Part shown: positions 37,686-48,061 of the stretch, in pieces
Numbering within the stretch: position 1 is the first letter of the stretch
Layout: each line of letters starts with the position of its first letter
From: Nitrospinaceae bacterium
GTDB lineage: Bacteria > Nitrospinota > Nitrospinia > Nitrospinales > Nitrospinaceae
NCBI GenBank assembly: GCA_965223665.1
Contig: OZ245011.1
Location: 1,984,001 to 2,048,000, forward strand
DNA: 64,000 bases
Direction of reading: 5' to 3'
Notes under the pieces: generated by a model
What the model saw: the letters and a program-made list of their open reading frames with translations, nothing else
What the model was told of the DNA's origin: nothing
Database searches by the model: none
Position numbers and translations under genes: made by a program

Positions 37686-38528
37686 ATGGAAAAAAATTCG
37701 TTTCAGGCGTTGGAGCATGCGGGTTGGCTGGCTAAAGCGAGCGAATATGATCGGCTATTCGAAACCATTACCCAACAGTCTATTGATTCCATCCTTCAAA
37801 CGTTTGGCGATTTAAAGAATAAACGTTTGCTCGATGTCGCGTGCGGGCCCGGTCAATTGGCGGGAAAGGCTCACTCCCTGGGCGCACGTAGTGAAGGCGT
37901 TGATTTCGCCTCGGCCATGGTGGACAAAGCCAGGTCTCTGTTTCCGGAGATCACTTTCACCGAGGGCAATGCCGAGCAGTTGCCTTACCCGGATTCACAG
38001 TTCGATGCCGTGGCCTGTTCTTTTGGGTTGCTGCATTTGGAACATCCGGACCTGGCAGCGCAGGAAGCGTGGCGGATGCTCACTCCCGGAGGGAACTATA
38101 CGTTCACCGTATGGCGCAGTCCGGATCAAGGCGGCGAGTTTTTTCAATTGGTAATGGACGCGATTCAAAAGCACGGTTCGCTGGAGGTTCCTCTGCCGCC
38201 CTCCCCTCCCATGTTTCGTTTTGCAGAACCGCAGGAATCAGAAAACCTTTTAAAAGAGGCAGGTTTTATCGATACGAAATCAACGGTACTCCAGCTTAAA
38301 TGGAATGCCAGACAGCCGGAAGATATTCTGGAAATGATTTATAAAAGCATTGTGCGTATGCCCATGATATTGGAAGCACAGTTGCCTCAGGATCGGGAAC
38401 GCATCAATGCAGAAATCCTGCGGGCCAGCCAGAAACACCGAAACGAAAACGGAATCCAGTTCCAATTCCCCGCACTCCTGACAACCGGCCGCAAACCAAC
38501 CCCTTCAGGCAATGGTGAATCACCCTAG
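37686..38528 (+). CDS. Class I SAM-dependent methyltransferase
   Basis: LLDVACGPG, GVDFASAM and GNAEQLPYPDSQFDAV motifs. Confidence 0.92.
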   Translation: MEKNSFQALEHAGWLAKASEYDRLFETITQQSIDSILQTFGDLKNKRLLDVACGPGQLAGKAHSLGARSEGVDFASAMVDKARSLFPEITFTEGNAEQLPYPDSQFDAVACSFGLLHLEHPDLAAQEAWRMLTPGGNYTFTVWRSPDQGGEFFQLVMDAIQKHGSLEVPLPPSPPMFRFAEPQESENLLKEAGFIDTKSTVLQLKWNARQPEDILEMIYKSIVRMPMILEAQLPQDRERINAEILRASQKHRNENGIQFQFPALLTTGRKPTPSGNGESP

Positions 38529-38548
38529 CCCTCTTTAGGAAAGAGGGG
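38518..38548. repeat. 31-bp REP-like element, copy 2 (inverted)
   Basis: aatcaccctagccctctttaggaaagagggg, between convergent genes. Confidence 0.7.
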
Positions 38549-38637
38549 ACACATGGGATTCCAATTTTACGTTTTTGTTTTATTTAAACTCTGATTATTT
38601 TTGAACCCTTCCTTGGTTCTGTATTCTGACTATTCAA

Positions 38638-41535
38638 TTACAAATCTTTCTTTTTGACTACGTTCAGAGAACAGGTGGTGGTACCCACATTTCCGCTGTC
38701 GTCCACTGCTTGAACCGTCCATTCGATCATATCTCCCACTCCGCCGGCATCAATGATGTCAAGAGTCGGTCCACGCAAGGCGATGTCGCATCCATCGGTT
38801 CGGTCGATCTTCCTTCCTTTTTTATCGATAGTGAAACAGTCGAAAGCCGTCACTTCCGGAACCACATCGGAGTCACAAATATCTACAGCGGTTGCCGTGA
38901 AAGATTGAACCACATTTGACGGTGCAATTTGCGCAACAGAATTACAGGAGATAATCGGTTCTGTATTATCTGCCACGATCACATCCTGTGTGTTGACCGA
39001 TGAGTTGGAACTGTCGTCCACGGCAGTCCATTGCACAGTCGTCAACCCAAGCGGAAAGGTTGCCGGTGCATTATTTGAAATGCTGACGGAGTCATCACAA
39101 ATATCCGTTGCCGTGGCCTGCCCAATATTAATCGCTTGCCCACTCGGTCCGGTACATTCGATAGGGCCCACATCTGGCGGCACAATAAGATTCGGATTGG
39201 TGGTGTCGATGACTGCCACATTCTGGTTATCGGTTTTCGTATTGCCGCTTCCATCACGCACCGTCCAGAACACATTGGTGTTTCCCAACGGAAAAAACGC
39301 CGGCGCATCGTTAGCGAATGTATCTATGGAACAGTTGTCTGCCACCGTAGGACTGCCCAATGCTACGACAGTACTACCACCGGTGGAATCGCATTCATCA
39401 GTAACGTTAGCCGGCGCGGTGATGGTTGGGTTTTCATTATCGTTCACAGTCACTACTGCCTGACAACTTCCCGTAAAACCGTCGTCATCCGTCGCGGTTA
39501 AGGTCACCTGCGTGTCTCCCAGCGAATACGGATTGTCCGGATCCTGCACCAGGGTAATGGGCCCGCCATTAGGATCGAACGAACCGTCATCCACATCCAC
39601 ATTGCTGGCCGTACAAATTCCCGGCTCGGTGTTTACGGTTTTGTCCATGCATAAGGCAATGGGTGAAGGCAACACCACCAACTCCGAGATCATCCCCAAA
39701 GACGCATGCAAAAAGAGATGACAATGGAATACCCATCGCCCCACACTACCACCGCCCGGTATAAACTGATTCGGTGATGGAGCACCCGCTTCCTGGCGGT
39801 TGTCGGTGATGATTGGCCGGTCTTCCAGACGCACACGGAACACCAAACTTTGACCCGTTTGAATATCGACAACATCTACGAATTCCTCGTAGTCAAAGGT
39901 GTACAAAGTATTGCCTGTGGCGTTATCGATTATTCTTACCGGTTGAAAAGAAAACCCATGCAAATGAAAAGGATGATGCGCGCCACCGGTATCATTTCTC
40001 ACAGTGAGTTCCAGCACATCGCCAATGCGTGCATAACGCGTTGCCCCCTGATGCGGAACCTGAGTGTAGTCCGGCCCACTGTCTTCAAATTTTCCGGGAT
40101 GCCCGTTAATGGAAAGGACTCCCGTCACTTCGCCCCGTAAAATAATTTCCGGATTGGTAATTCCCAGTTCCGGTCCGGAGTTGTCGGGCTTGGGTGGCGG
40201 ATCGCTCAGTAAATTTAAATCAGCCACGTCCAGAGTTTTCAAGTTTTCAATCTGACCGTTTCCTAAAATATCATCGCCTTCTGCGATCGTAAAAGGAGTT
40301 GCCGCGGAGCCAATAATTTTAATCCGCACAATATCATGGGCCGGACCAAAGGAAGGTTTGCTGTTGGGTCCTCCGCGATCCGCATCCAACCCGGTGATGG
40401 TGATGATATCGCCCACGTTACCGGTCGGCACGATAACCACATCCGCCCTGCCCGATGCAGGTAACCAAATATCACCCTTCTCAACTTTGGAATCCCATCC
40501 ACCAATGATTCCCCCTTCCAGGCGCGCCTTTTCCAGAAATCCACCTTCTCCACCGATGCGATAAAGATTGTTATCGCTACCATTATTTTGAACACGCAAA
40601 TGAAAATATCGATAGGTGGCGGTGTTGATTAAACGTAATCGGATTCCTTCCCCCGACCGCGCAGCGATGATGGGCGTGAAATCGGAAGGATCGTTCAGGT
40701 CGCCATAATCGGGTTGCTGACCATTGACCAAAACCCTCTCGAACTCTACCATAAACCGACAGGCTCCCTGTTGCGCTCCAATGTCTCCGGTAGCATCCGG
40801 GTCCGAGCACAAGTGCTCCCAAAGCGCCCAGGGTTGAGCAATCCCTAATGCCACGTAACCCATATTGCCTTCCTCTCCGGGAGGAAGCGGATCGATGGTG
40901 TCGAATTCGATATCGCTCAACACCAGTGTGTGAGTACTGCCTTCCTGAGGAATCGTTCCTGCATTTTGAAGTGCCGCTTCATTGGGATCGCGCACGATAA
41001 AGGCACCATACATACCCGCAGCCGTTTGCGGTCCGGGTTTCATATGCGGATGAAACCAAAACAAACCGGGACGCGGCGCAATGAATCGATAAGTATACGA
41101 CTGGCCGGGGGTCAGATGATTTTGCGTAACGCCTGTGCCATCACTGTCGTTATCCACTTCCACCCCGTGCCAATGGATGCTGGTATCGCAGGCCATAACG
41201 GCACAGTCCGGTTCAAGGTTGTTGGTCAGGGTAACAATGACTTCGTCACCGACGTTCACGACGAATTGCGGAACGGGAAGACCCTCGGGAGTACCGGAGT
41301 AGGCACCGGTGGTGTTATTCAGATCTTTATAGATTAAGGCATGCGCGACGTGGCCGCCGATCATGACGGTCTGTTCATCGGCACTAAGTTCGGCTTCGAA
41401 AATATTTGGGTCCGGGTTGATGTCTCGGACATTCACAACCGATTTAGTAATCGTCGATGCCCATGCCGAGTGGAATCCTAAAACCAAAACAACTACGGCA
41501 AATAAAGTTAGACCCAATCCTTCACGTATATTCAT
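38638..41535 (-). CDS. Secreted multicopper oxidase with C-terminal HYR/Ig-like repeats
   Basis: Copper motifs HWHG, WFHPH, HPFHLHG and HCHLFLHASLGM; C-terminal repeats ATDxC...FPLGxTxVxWTxxDxSGN. Confidence 0.92.
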   Translation of the reverse strand: MNIREGLGLTLFAVVVLVLGFHSAWASTITKSVVNVRDINPDPNIFEAELSADEQTVMIGGHVAHALIYKDLNNTTGAYSGTPEGLPVPQFVVNVGDEVIVTLTNNLEPDCAVMACDTSIHWHGVEVDNDSDGTGVTQNHLTPGQSYTYRFIAPRPGLFWFHPHMKPGPQTAAGMYGAFIVRDPNEAALQNAGTIPQEGSTHTLVLSDIEFDTIDPLPPGEEGNMGYVALGIAQPWALWEHLCSDPDATGDIGAQQGACRFMVEFERVLVNGQQPDYGDLNDPSDFTPIIAARSGEGIRLRLINTATYRYFHLRVQNNGSDNNLYRIGGEGGFLEKARLEGGIIGGWDSKVEKGDIWLPASGRADVVIVPTGNVGDIITITGLDADRGGPNSKPSFGPAHDIVRIKIIGSAATPFTIAEGDDILGNGQIENLKTLDVADLNLLSDPPPKPDNSGPELGITNPEIILRGEVTGVLSINGHPGKFEDSGPDYTQVPHQGATRYARIGDVLELTVRNDTGGAHHPFHLHGFSFQPVRIIDNATGNTLYTFDYEEFVDVVDIQTGQSLVFRVRLEDRPIITDNRQEAGAPSPNQFIPGGGSVGRWVFHCHLFLHASLGMISELVVLPSPIALCMDKTVNTEPGICTASNVDVDDGSFDPNGGPITLVQDPDNPYSLGDTQVTLTATDDDGFTGSCQAVVTVNDNENPTITAPANVTDECDSTGGSTVVALGSPTVADNCSIDTFANDAPAFFPLGNTNVFWTVRDGSGNTKTDNQNVAVIDTTNPNLIVPPDVGPIECTGPSGQAINIGQATATDICDDSVSISNNAPATFPLGLTTVQWTAVDDSSNSSVNTQDVIVADNTEPIISCNSVAQIAPSNVVQSFTATAVDICDSDVVPEVTAFDCFTIDKKGRKIDRTDGCDIALRGPTLDIIDAGGVGDMIEWTVQAVDDSGNVGTTTCSLNVVKKKDL

Positions 41536-41974
41536 GTGGCCCCTCCGTCAACGTGGAAATCTTTACTATTGTTAAACCCTGCTCCGCGGCAGGCCTATTT
41601 TTGTGTCACTCTGTAAGTTAAAAACTTAATGGTTGTCAGAATACTATGGGCCTTCAGGAATTATGTCAACCTGATTCAGGCCAATATGGGTATGTTGATT
41701 TTTTCTATGAAGGTGTGGGGATTTCGAATTTCCCGATGAATTGAGGGTAACATTCCCAAATAATCACGAGAAAGTTCATTATATATATAAGCGGATTTTG
41801 GCATGGCGCAGATGGGGGCATTACGGAAGAAATCAACCGCATTTCAGTGCTCACGGATTTTCCTTTTAGAGAAGACACGGCCCGCAACTAAATCATCAAA
41901 AGGCTATATTAAATGACAAATATTCCAAAACTTTTGGATTTCTCCGAAGGCGAAATTTAGGATTCCATTCAGAA

Positions 41975-43816
41975 TTATGAATTGGGGTTTTCCCTGGCTT
42001 CATCCAGCTTACGCTTTACCTCTAATGTCAGGCGATGATCTTTGCCAAGTTTGGATTGAAAGATGATTAACGCGTATTCGTAATTTCTAGCGGCTTTGGA
42101 TTTGTCCCCCTTCAACTTATAGGCATCTCCTAAATTACGCCAAGCCGGTGCAATTTCAAAATCAGGTCGACAATTGATTTTGCTGGCGACTGCTTGTTCA
42201 TAATATTTTATGGCTTGATCAACATTACCTTCTTTCATCCAAGTCGATCCTAACTCATCCATAACAGCTTGAACGGACAAATGATCGTATCCATAATGAA
42301 TTAATAAAGTACTTAATACTTTTTCATAAAATACTAAAGCCTTATCAAATTGCCTTTTATTTCCCCAAGCTCTTGCAAGTTTTTTCCATAAAAAAGCTGT
42401 CTCTATTTGATTATTTCCCGGCGAGTTTTCCCATATCTTTAAAGCATTTTCAAAACATTGGATCGCATTATCGTGATTACCCTGTTTAAACCATATCCTT
42501 CCTATTTCTTTCCAAATTGAGGAAACCTTATAATAATTCTCTCCAAAGTTATTTATCAAAATTTCCAAAGCCTTCTCATACATGGAAATGGCTTTATCAT
42601 AATCTTCCTTTATTTTCCAAACCTCCGCAAGATCGGACCACCGTTCCGCTAAATAAGGATGCGTTTCACCAAAAATTTTAAGGTCGCAATTCAAGGCCTT
42701 TTCGTAACATTCAAGTTCTTTATCGAAGTTCCCCTTGGTTCCCCAAGTCGACCCTATGTCCCTCCAACTACAGGCCACCCGAGGATGATCCTCTCCAAAG
42801 ATTCTTATATTTTGTGCTAAAGCTTTTTCATAGCAGTTAATTGCCTGGTCGTAGTCTGTTTTATAAAACCAACCATCGCCCAGGTCTTTCCAACATTTGG
42901 CAACTTCTGCACCCTTTTCTTCCCGAGTTTCTAAATTAATATTAAGGGAGGTTTCAAAACATTGAACCGCTTCATCATATTTTTCATGGCCTTCTAAAAC
43001 ATATCCTATCTGACCCCAAACATCGGCAATAAGCAAATCATCGTTTTTATTTTGTTGCTTTTGAAATTCAATGGCTTCATTGAAATACTTAAGGGCTTCA
43101 TCGTTTTGGCACAAATAAAAATAACATCTCCCCAGGGTACTCAAATTTAGAATTATGGCTGCGTAATTCGAGTTGGGTGAAAGTTGATTAATAGCAAGAG
43201 CCTTTTTCAAATAATCAACAGCTTCTTCTCTTTTTCCAATGGTAATCAACCATTCCGCTAGAGGCTGATAGTAAATAGAGTTTTCCGAATCCAGATTTAC
43301 GGCTTGTTGATAATACTTCACAGCTTGGGAGTAATCGAAATGATATTGTGCTAACTTTGCAATTAGGTAAGCCACCTCCGCAGCTTGAACTTTAAGCGGT
43401 GAAGTGGACAGAGAAAATTGATTTAATAATTTTTCCAATAATATTTCAGCCTTTGATGTTTTACCCTTCTTTAATCCAGACTGCGCTTCCCTGGATTCAT
43501 TTGGAGTAATTGAGGGTTCGCGCTCTAATACTTTTGCTACCCCTGCAAATAAGGCTTTCGTGTTTTCCCAATCGGATTCAATGTTGATTCGCCTCACATT
43601 CCCATATCTTAAAATGAATTCCCAAAGATTAGTTGTATCAATATCCCTCTCTTTGCCTTTTTGACACTCCTGCTTTAACTGATGTCGAACTTGGCAAAGT
43701 TTTTCCTCTAACTCCTGAGTGTGCTGGTCTAAAGAATATTCATTTATAAATAAGTTTTTATCTGAGGAAATTTTCTCTGGCCTGCCTTCCGGATTATCTA
43801 ATTCTTGGCTTGTCAT
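41975..43816 (-). CDS. Tetratricopeptide-repeat protein
   Basis: ~42-aa TPR units such as YDQAINCYEKAL...FGEDHPRVA. Confidence 0.9.
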   Translation of the reverse strand: MTSQELDNPEGRPEKISSDKNLFINEYSLDQHTQELEEKLCQVRHQLKQECQKGKERDIDTTNLWEFILRYGNVRRINIESDWENTKALFAGVAKVLEREPSITPNESREAQSGLKKGKTSKAEILLEKLLNQFSLSTSPLKVQAAEVAYLIAKLAQYHFDYSQAVKYYQQAVNLDSENSIYYQPLAEWLITIGKREEAVDYLKKALAINQLSPNSNYAAIILNLSTLGRCYFYLCQNDEALKYFNEAIEFQKQQNKNDDLLIADVWGQIGYVLEGHEKYDEAVQCFETSLNINLETREEKGAEVAKCWKDLGDGWFYKTDYDQAINCYEKALAQNIRIFGEDHPRVACSWRDIGSTWGTKGNFDKELECYEKALNCDLKIFGETHPYLAERWSDLAEVWKIKEDYDKAISMYEKALEILINNFGENYYKVSSIWKEIGRIWFKQGNHDNAIQCFENALKIWENSPGNNQIETAFLWKKLARAWGNKRQFDKALVFYEKVLSTLLIHYGYDHLSVQAVMDELGSTWMKEGNVDQAIKYYEQAVASKINCRPDFEIAPAWRNLGDAYKLKGDKSKAARNYEYALIIFQSKLGKDHRLTLEVKRKLDEARENPNS

Positions 43817-43893
43817 TTACTGATTTAATTTGAAGGTTTCTCAAAAAAATCACGAGTTGCTTCTATATATAGGATAGGGATTCAAGGAACGTT

Positions 43894-44379
43894 TTACTTG
43901 GAAAATTCCCATTGGCCGTCTTTATTTTTTTGGATGAGGAAGTTGTAGGACTTGCTGGTTTTGATGATCCAGCCTTCCGGTGGGGTAGTAGCACTTAAGA
44001 TCGCGCCGTCGAGTCCGGCCTTTTCTACTTTGTTGCGGAACTTCGACCAAATGTCTTCCGCCTCTTTCCGCAGTTCTGCCACATTGTCGAGTTTGATCTC
44101 GGTCAGATACCGAAGCATCAACGCAGCTTTTCCATCGGACGAATGCATTTTGGACAGCCCCATGATTTTTACCACTCGACCCGATGGCAACACTTCGACC
44201 TGGTAATCGCCCCCGCCCTGGATTCGTTGGATTTTAAAATCCGAGGCGATCGAATTTTTATGAGTATGCAGAAAGGCATTTTGCGGTTGCCTGTCGATCC
44301 ATTCATTTGCATGAGAAGCGGAAAGAGAAAAGACCCAACCCACAAGTAGCAATACGAGAATTAAGTTAAGTTGTTTCAT
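43894..44379 (-). CDS. Secreted hypothetical protein A (paralog of 47417-47905)
   Basis: Signal peptide; VLPSGR..ALMLRY..ELRKEAEDIW..PEGWIIKTS shared with the paralog. Confidence 0.8.
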   Translation of the reverse strand: MKQLNLILVLLLVGWVFSLSASHANEWIDRQPQNAFLHTHKNSIASDFKIQRIQGGGDYQVEVLPSGRVVKIMGLSKMHSSDGKAALMLRYLTEIKLDNVAELRKEAEDIWSKFRNKVEKAGLDGAILSATTPPEGWIIKTSKSYNFLIQKNKDGQWEFSK

Positions 44380-44389
44380 TAAACTTTTG

Positions 44390-45070
44390 TTAAAAGCACT
44401 GGTTGATGGAAATGGACTTGAGGATTTTTTTGAACTGCTTATCCAGATTTTTCTTCTCTTTATCCTCCACAGGTCGCGAACTCGAAATCATATAAAACTT
44501 ATTGTCTAATGTAATGATCCAGGCTTCAATAACACCTTTAGACGTTTTTCCATTATCAAAAAACACAGTGAAACTAAACTTGAAATTGGTCGCATCTAAT
44601 CCGGAAATTCTTTCCGGATTGGGACCGATCAATAATTCAAAGTTGGTCGCTCTTTGAGTGTAATAGGCAATCGTTTCTTCGGCCAAAGCCTGGGAAGACA
44701 TGTGACGTGGTCCCATCGGTTCCAGCGAAACTTGAAACCCCGGGTTATCGCCGTCATAAGGTTCAGGAAATCGCGCGATGGTAATCGGTTCCAATCCGGT
44801 TTCCTGTTCCAACGACTTATAATAATTGTTGATTTGTTCTCTTTCCTGCGGTGAAACATTCTTAAACGGGTACCCCTGGCTTTTGAAAACCTCATCCAGC
44901 GTTAAAAAATGCCAGCCCTTCGGTTTGGTAATGGAGAAACATACCGTTTTATTATAATAATTGTTGTCCCTAATGATTTTTGCGTTTTTCGTGGAAAAGC
45001 CCGACAAGACCGCCAGACAAAATATTAATCCCGCCAAACCCAAACTTTTTCTCATCCATTTCTTCATCAC
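44390..45070 (-). CDS. Secreted hypothetical protein B, possibly PsbP/DcrB-like (paralog of 48062-48736)
   Basis: YYNKTV.FSITKPKGW, RFPEPYDGDNPGFQV and C-terminal QFKKILKSI. Confidence 0.75.
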   Translation of the reverse strand: MMKKWMRKSLGLAGLIFCLAVLSGFSTKNAKIIRDNNYYNKTVCFSITKPKGWHFLTLDEVFKSQGYPFKNVSPQEREQINNYYKSLEQETGLEPITIARFPEPYDGDNPGFQVSLEPMGPRHMSSQALAEETIAYYTQRATNFELLIGPNPERISGLDATNFKFSFTVFFDNGKTSKGVIEAWIITLDNKFYMISSSRPVEDKEKKNLDKQFKKILKSISINQCF

Positions 45071-45097
45071 ATTGCATTCCTGTTAATTAGAGATTAC

Positions 45098-45133
45098 ACT
45101 GAATAGTATTGATCCTATATCTTTATTTGTCAA
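45098..45133 (-). promoter_or_regulatory. 28-bp block identical to 48763-48790; candidate promoter for gene B
   Basis: actgaatagtattgatcctatatcttta in both copies; minus strand reads TTGAC(A/T)-17-AATACT or -19-TACTAT. Confidence 0.55.
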
Positions 45134-45188
45134 TTTATTAATAAATCGCCCATTTATCTTTAAAAGAATAGCTAACCACAAAAGAATA

Positions 45189-45532
45189 ATGAAGATAACT
45201 ATCCAAGGAAAAAATATAACTTTATTTCGTGTGGTTGACAAGTTTGAATTGGACTATATCGTTTTAAATACTGAACCACCTATTACTCTAAAATTTATTA
45301 TAGAAATACATCAAAATACAGAAAAAGAAAAAGTCTATTTTCCTAAGGTATATCAGCTTGATATGTTTTCAATTTCACCACTAATTTTTCTAAAGATAGC
45401 GTCAACGAGCCAGCAGATGAAAACATTATAATTGAAGATGATTTATATGATTGGGAAACCTTGATTGAGGATGATCCCGATAAGGTTTTGAATAAAGTTT
45501 TAAAAATTATCAGCGATAAATTTAATGAGTAA
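45189..45532 (+). pseudogene. Hypothetical gene probably frameshifted near 45380
   Basis: After ...DMFSISP an alternative frame continues TNFSKDSVNEPADENIIIEDDLYDWE...KFNE to a stop at 45532. Confidence 0.55.
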
Positions 45533-45552
45533 AAATCACTTTAATATTTAGA

Positions 45553-46116
45553 TTGGATAATTTTTCGTATTTCTTTCGAAGAATAAAAAATTTTATGGAA
45601 CCGTATTTCAAATATTTTCTTCGATATAAAAATTTAACGATTTTTTTGAGCGTTTGGTTTGTGATGACGAACCTGGGGTGTTTCTGGGAATACACACATG
45701 GTTATACTGGAATTTTTATTATGGAACAGAAACCCTTTCCACCCATAGAGACCTTGTCCGGTTTTAATCGAAGATTTGTTTTTTATTCCTTAATTCTTGG
45801 GTCGCCCATATTGTGGGGAATACTCGCCCACTATTTTATTTCTGGTCTTCGCTCCAAAACGTTATCTGAGTTAGATCTTCCCCAAACCTTAATTAGGGAA
45901 AGCAAATCAACTGCCAGGTACTTATATATCTCTATGGCAACCCTACATTTTGTTACTATTCTTATTATCTTTCTTTTTATTTTTGTGGTTCCAAGTAAAA
46001 AAAGCTCCACGGAGCAAGCTATTCTTTTTCTAAAAATGGGGGGGCTTTTACTGTTGGGTTATATTGGAAATAAGTACATAGTGCCCTATCTTAAAACTTT
46101 AGCGAGAAAACATTGA
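45553..46116 (+). CDS. Hypothetical membrane protein
   Basis: About four hydrophobic segments; AT-rich. Confidence 0.65.
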   Translation: MDNFSYFFRRIKNFMEPYFKYFLRYKNLTIFLSVWFVMTNLGCFWEYTHGYTGIFIMEQKPFPPIETLSGFNRRFVFYSLILGSPILWGILAHYFISGLRSKTLSELDLPQTLIRESKSTARYLYISMATLHFVTILIIFLFIFVVPSKKSSTEQAILFLKMGGLLLLGYIGNKYIVPYLKTLARKH

Positions 46117-46484
46117 ACTTAATCAAATCAACTTATATTTACTTAGAAGGATTGTTTCCGGAGAGATATCGCGCCCATGATAAAAAAAACTTGAGCGGGC
46201 ACCGAAAGTTCGCTTTTATCACTTATTTTTCGATCATGCTGATCAGTCCAAGTATATACTTTTATAAAATGGGATTTAAGGATTTCGGGTTGGGAGTGAT
46301 CTTTCGGGAAATTTTTTGGAATCCAATGGTTATATATGGCTTGGGATTAGGGGTGGGTTGTATGGGATATTTAGTAGGAGTAATCTTACAAAGGGAACCC
46401 GAAACAACTCATAGAATTTTTTACGGATGCACCATTCTTGGTGTCGTTTACTTTTTATACAAGCATTACAATTCGTTTAACTGA
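46113..46484 (+). CDS. Hypothetical membrane protein
   Basis: About three TM segments; 4-bp overlap with the previous ORF. Confidence 0.65.
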   Translation: MNLIKSTYIYLEGLFPERYRAHDKKNLSGHRKFAFITYFSIMLISPSIYFYKMGFKDFGLGVIFREIFWNPMVIYGLGLGVGCMGYLVGVILQREPETTHRIFYGCTILGVVYFLYKHYNSFN

Positions 46485-46512
46485 TTTAAACCTATTAAAG
46501 AGGACTTATTAA

Positions 46513-46830
46513 TTGTTCGATTCTTTAATCAGCCGGAATACTCAATATCTAATCCTGCTTTTGTATATCGCCATTTTTGCGATTGGCTTCTGGGTGCGGA
46601 AGGGAAAACCGGAAAAGCAAATCTACCGCCAGTTTACATGGAAAGCCTGCTTGGTGTATATGATTCCATTCAATGACTCGTGGAAACGGTTTGTTAACCG
46701 GGAAGATTTGCCATTGTTTGAAGAATATTTTTTCCGATGGAACATTTTCAGTTCAATACTAATTTGGGTAAATTTTTTTGTTTTAACTTATGTCACATAT
46801 ATAGTTTTTACAAAACTAGGCATCTTATAA
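46513..46830 (+). CDS. Membrane protein C (paralog of 48838-49155)
   Basis: KGKPEKQI.RQFTWKA.LVYMIPFND.WK shared with the paralog. Confidence 0.8.
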   Translation: MFDSLISRNTQYLILLLYIAIFAIGFWVRKGKPEKQIYRQFTWKACLVYMIPFNDSWKRFVNREDLPLFEEYFFRWNIFSSILIWVNFFVLTYVTYIVFTKLGIL

Positions 46831-46843
46831 GAACCTTTGATCT

Positions 46844-47359
46844 ATGAATAAATTTATCATAGCAACCTGGCTTTCTAGAATTTCCTTAATGGTTGCTATA
46901 GCCATACTCTTAGCATTACATTTTCCTGAGTATGTATTATCTAAATTATGGCATTTAAAAAACGGGTCTCACCGCATCATCGGAAATATTAAAGTAACCA
47001 TTCCGAAGGAAATGATTGCTATTAAAAAAACCGGAAAAGCTTCAGAGAAGTATGGCTCTTTTAATATTGTTTCTGCGGATGTAAAAAAAACTAAATTTAT
47101 TCTTTCAATTTTTAAATTTCCCGAAGACAAACCCTTCCCTATGAAGAAAATTTTTAAGTCACGAGGACATAGGAATATGCAGGACTTGCCCTGCCACATC
47201 CTGAACCAGGAGTGCCAATGGCTCAAATCTTATAGTGGTAAAAATAAATATGAAGAAAATATTTTCATAACCAAGGAACGAATTTGGATCAGCTTCACCG
47301 GAAAACCTGAAGAAAGAACCCACTTACTCAACGTCATTTCCCAAATGGAATTAAACTAA
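46844..47359 (+). CDS. Membrane-anchored protein D (paralog of 49168-49722)
   Basis: KLWHL..GNIKVT.P, C.IL.QEC.WL.SY and IWI...G.PEER shared with the paralog. Confidence 0.8.
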   Translation: MNKFIIATWLSRISLMVAIAILLALHFPEYVLSKLWHLKNGSHRIIGNIKVTIPKEMIAIKKTGKASEKYGSFNIVSADVKKTKFILSIFKFPEDKPFPMKKIFKSRGHRNMQDLPCHILNQECQWLKSYSGKNKYEENIFITKERIWISFTGKPEERTHLLNVISQMELN

Positions 47360-47416
47360 AAGAAAGAGTGAAATTTTCCAGGCTGGACCATCCATTGATT
47401 TACCGCCAGGATCACC

Positions 47417-47905
47417 TCATTTTTTATTGGGGAACTTCCACTCGCCCTGCTCATTCTTTTTAACTACAAAGTTTTTGGACCTACTGGTTTTGATGATCCA
47501 GCCCTCGGGGATCGTGCTGGCACTTAAAACAGCATTGTTGAGTTCGGCCTTTTCAACATCATATCGAAACACTGTCCAAATATCTTCCGCTTCTTTACGT
47601 AATTCGGCTTTATTGTCAAAGTCAATATCGGTGATATACTGAAGCATCAATGCAGGATCACCTTTGGCAAAATACATTTTGACCATTTTCAAAATTTTAA
47701 CTTTTCTTCCGGAGGGTAATACCTGCACATGGTAATCTCCTCCGGAAACCCGCTGCACTTTAAAATCCGATTGAGAAGCGTTTGTCTGGGATTGAAAGAA
47801 AGCTTTGTGAGGAACTCCCGGTTGCCAATCCTCCGCAAAAGCAGGAAGCACAGCACAAACCCCAAAGGTGATTAAAAGAACAAAATAAAATGTAAATTTT
47901 CGCAT
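47417..47905 (-). CDS. Secreted hypothetical protein A'
   Basis: Paralog of 43894-44379; ggaggg RBS. Confidence 0.8.
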   Translation of the reverse strand: MRKFTFYFVLLITFGVCAVLPAFAEDWQPGVPHKAFFQSQTNASQSDFKVQRVSGGDYHVQVLPSGRKVKILKMVKMYFAKGDPALMLQYITDIDFDNKAELRKEAEDIWTVFRYDVEKAELNNAVLSASTIPEGWIIKTSRSKNFVVKKNEQGEWKFPNKK

Positions 47906-48061
47906 ATACTTTTCCCTCCTTAGGGATTGCTATTTACGATTCGGGAAGATTTTCATTTTAAGAAATCAATCCTTCCTTTTTATTTGTCCCCACCATTAAA
48001 CAAATCAGTTCAGATTCTGATGTCAATTCATTCTCTTTTATAAATTAAAGAAATCACCAAT

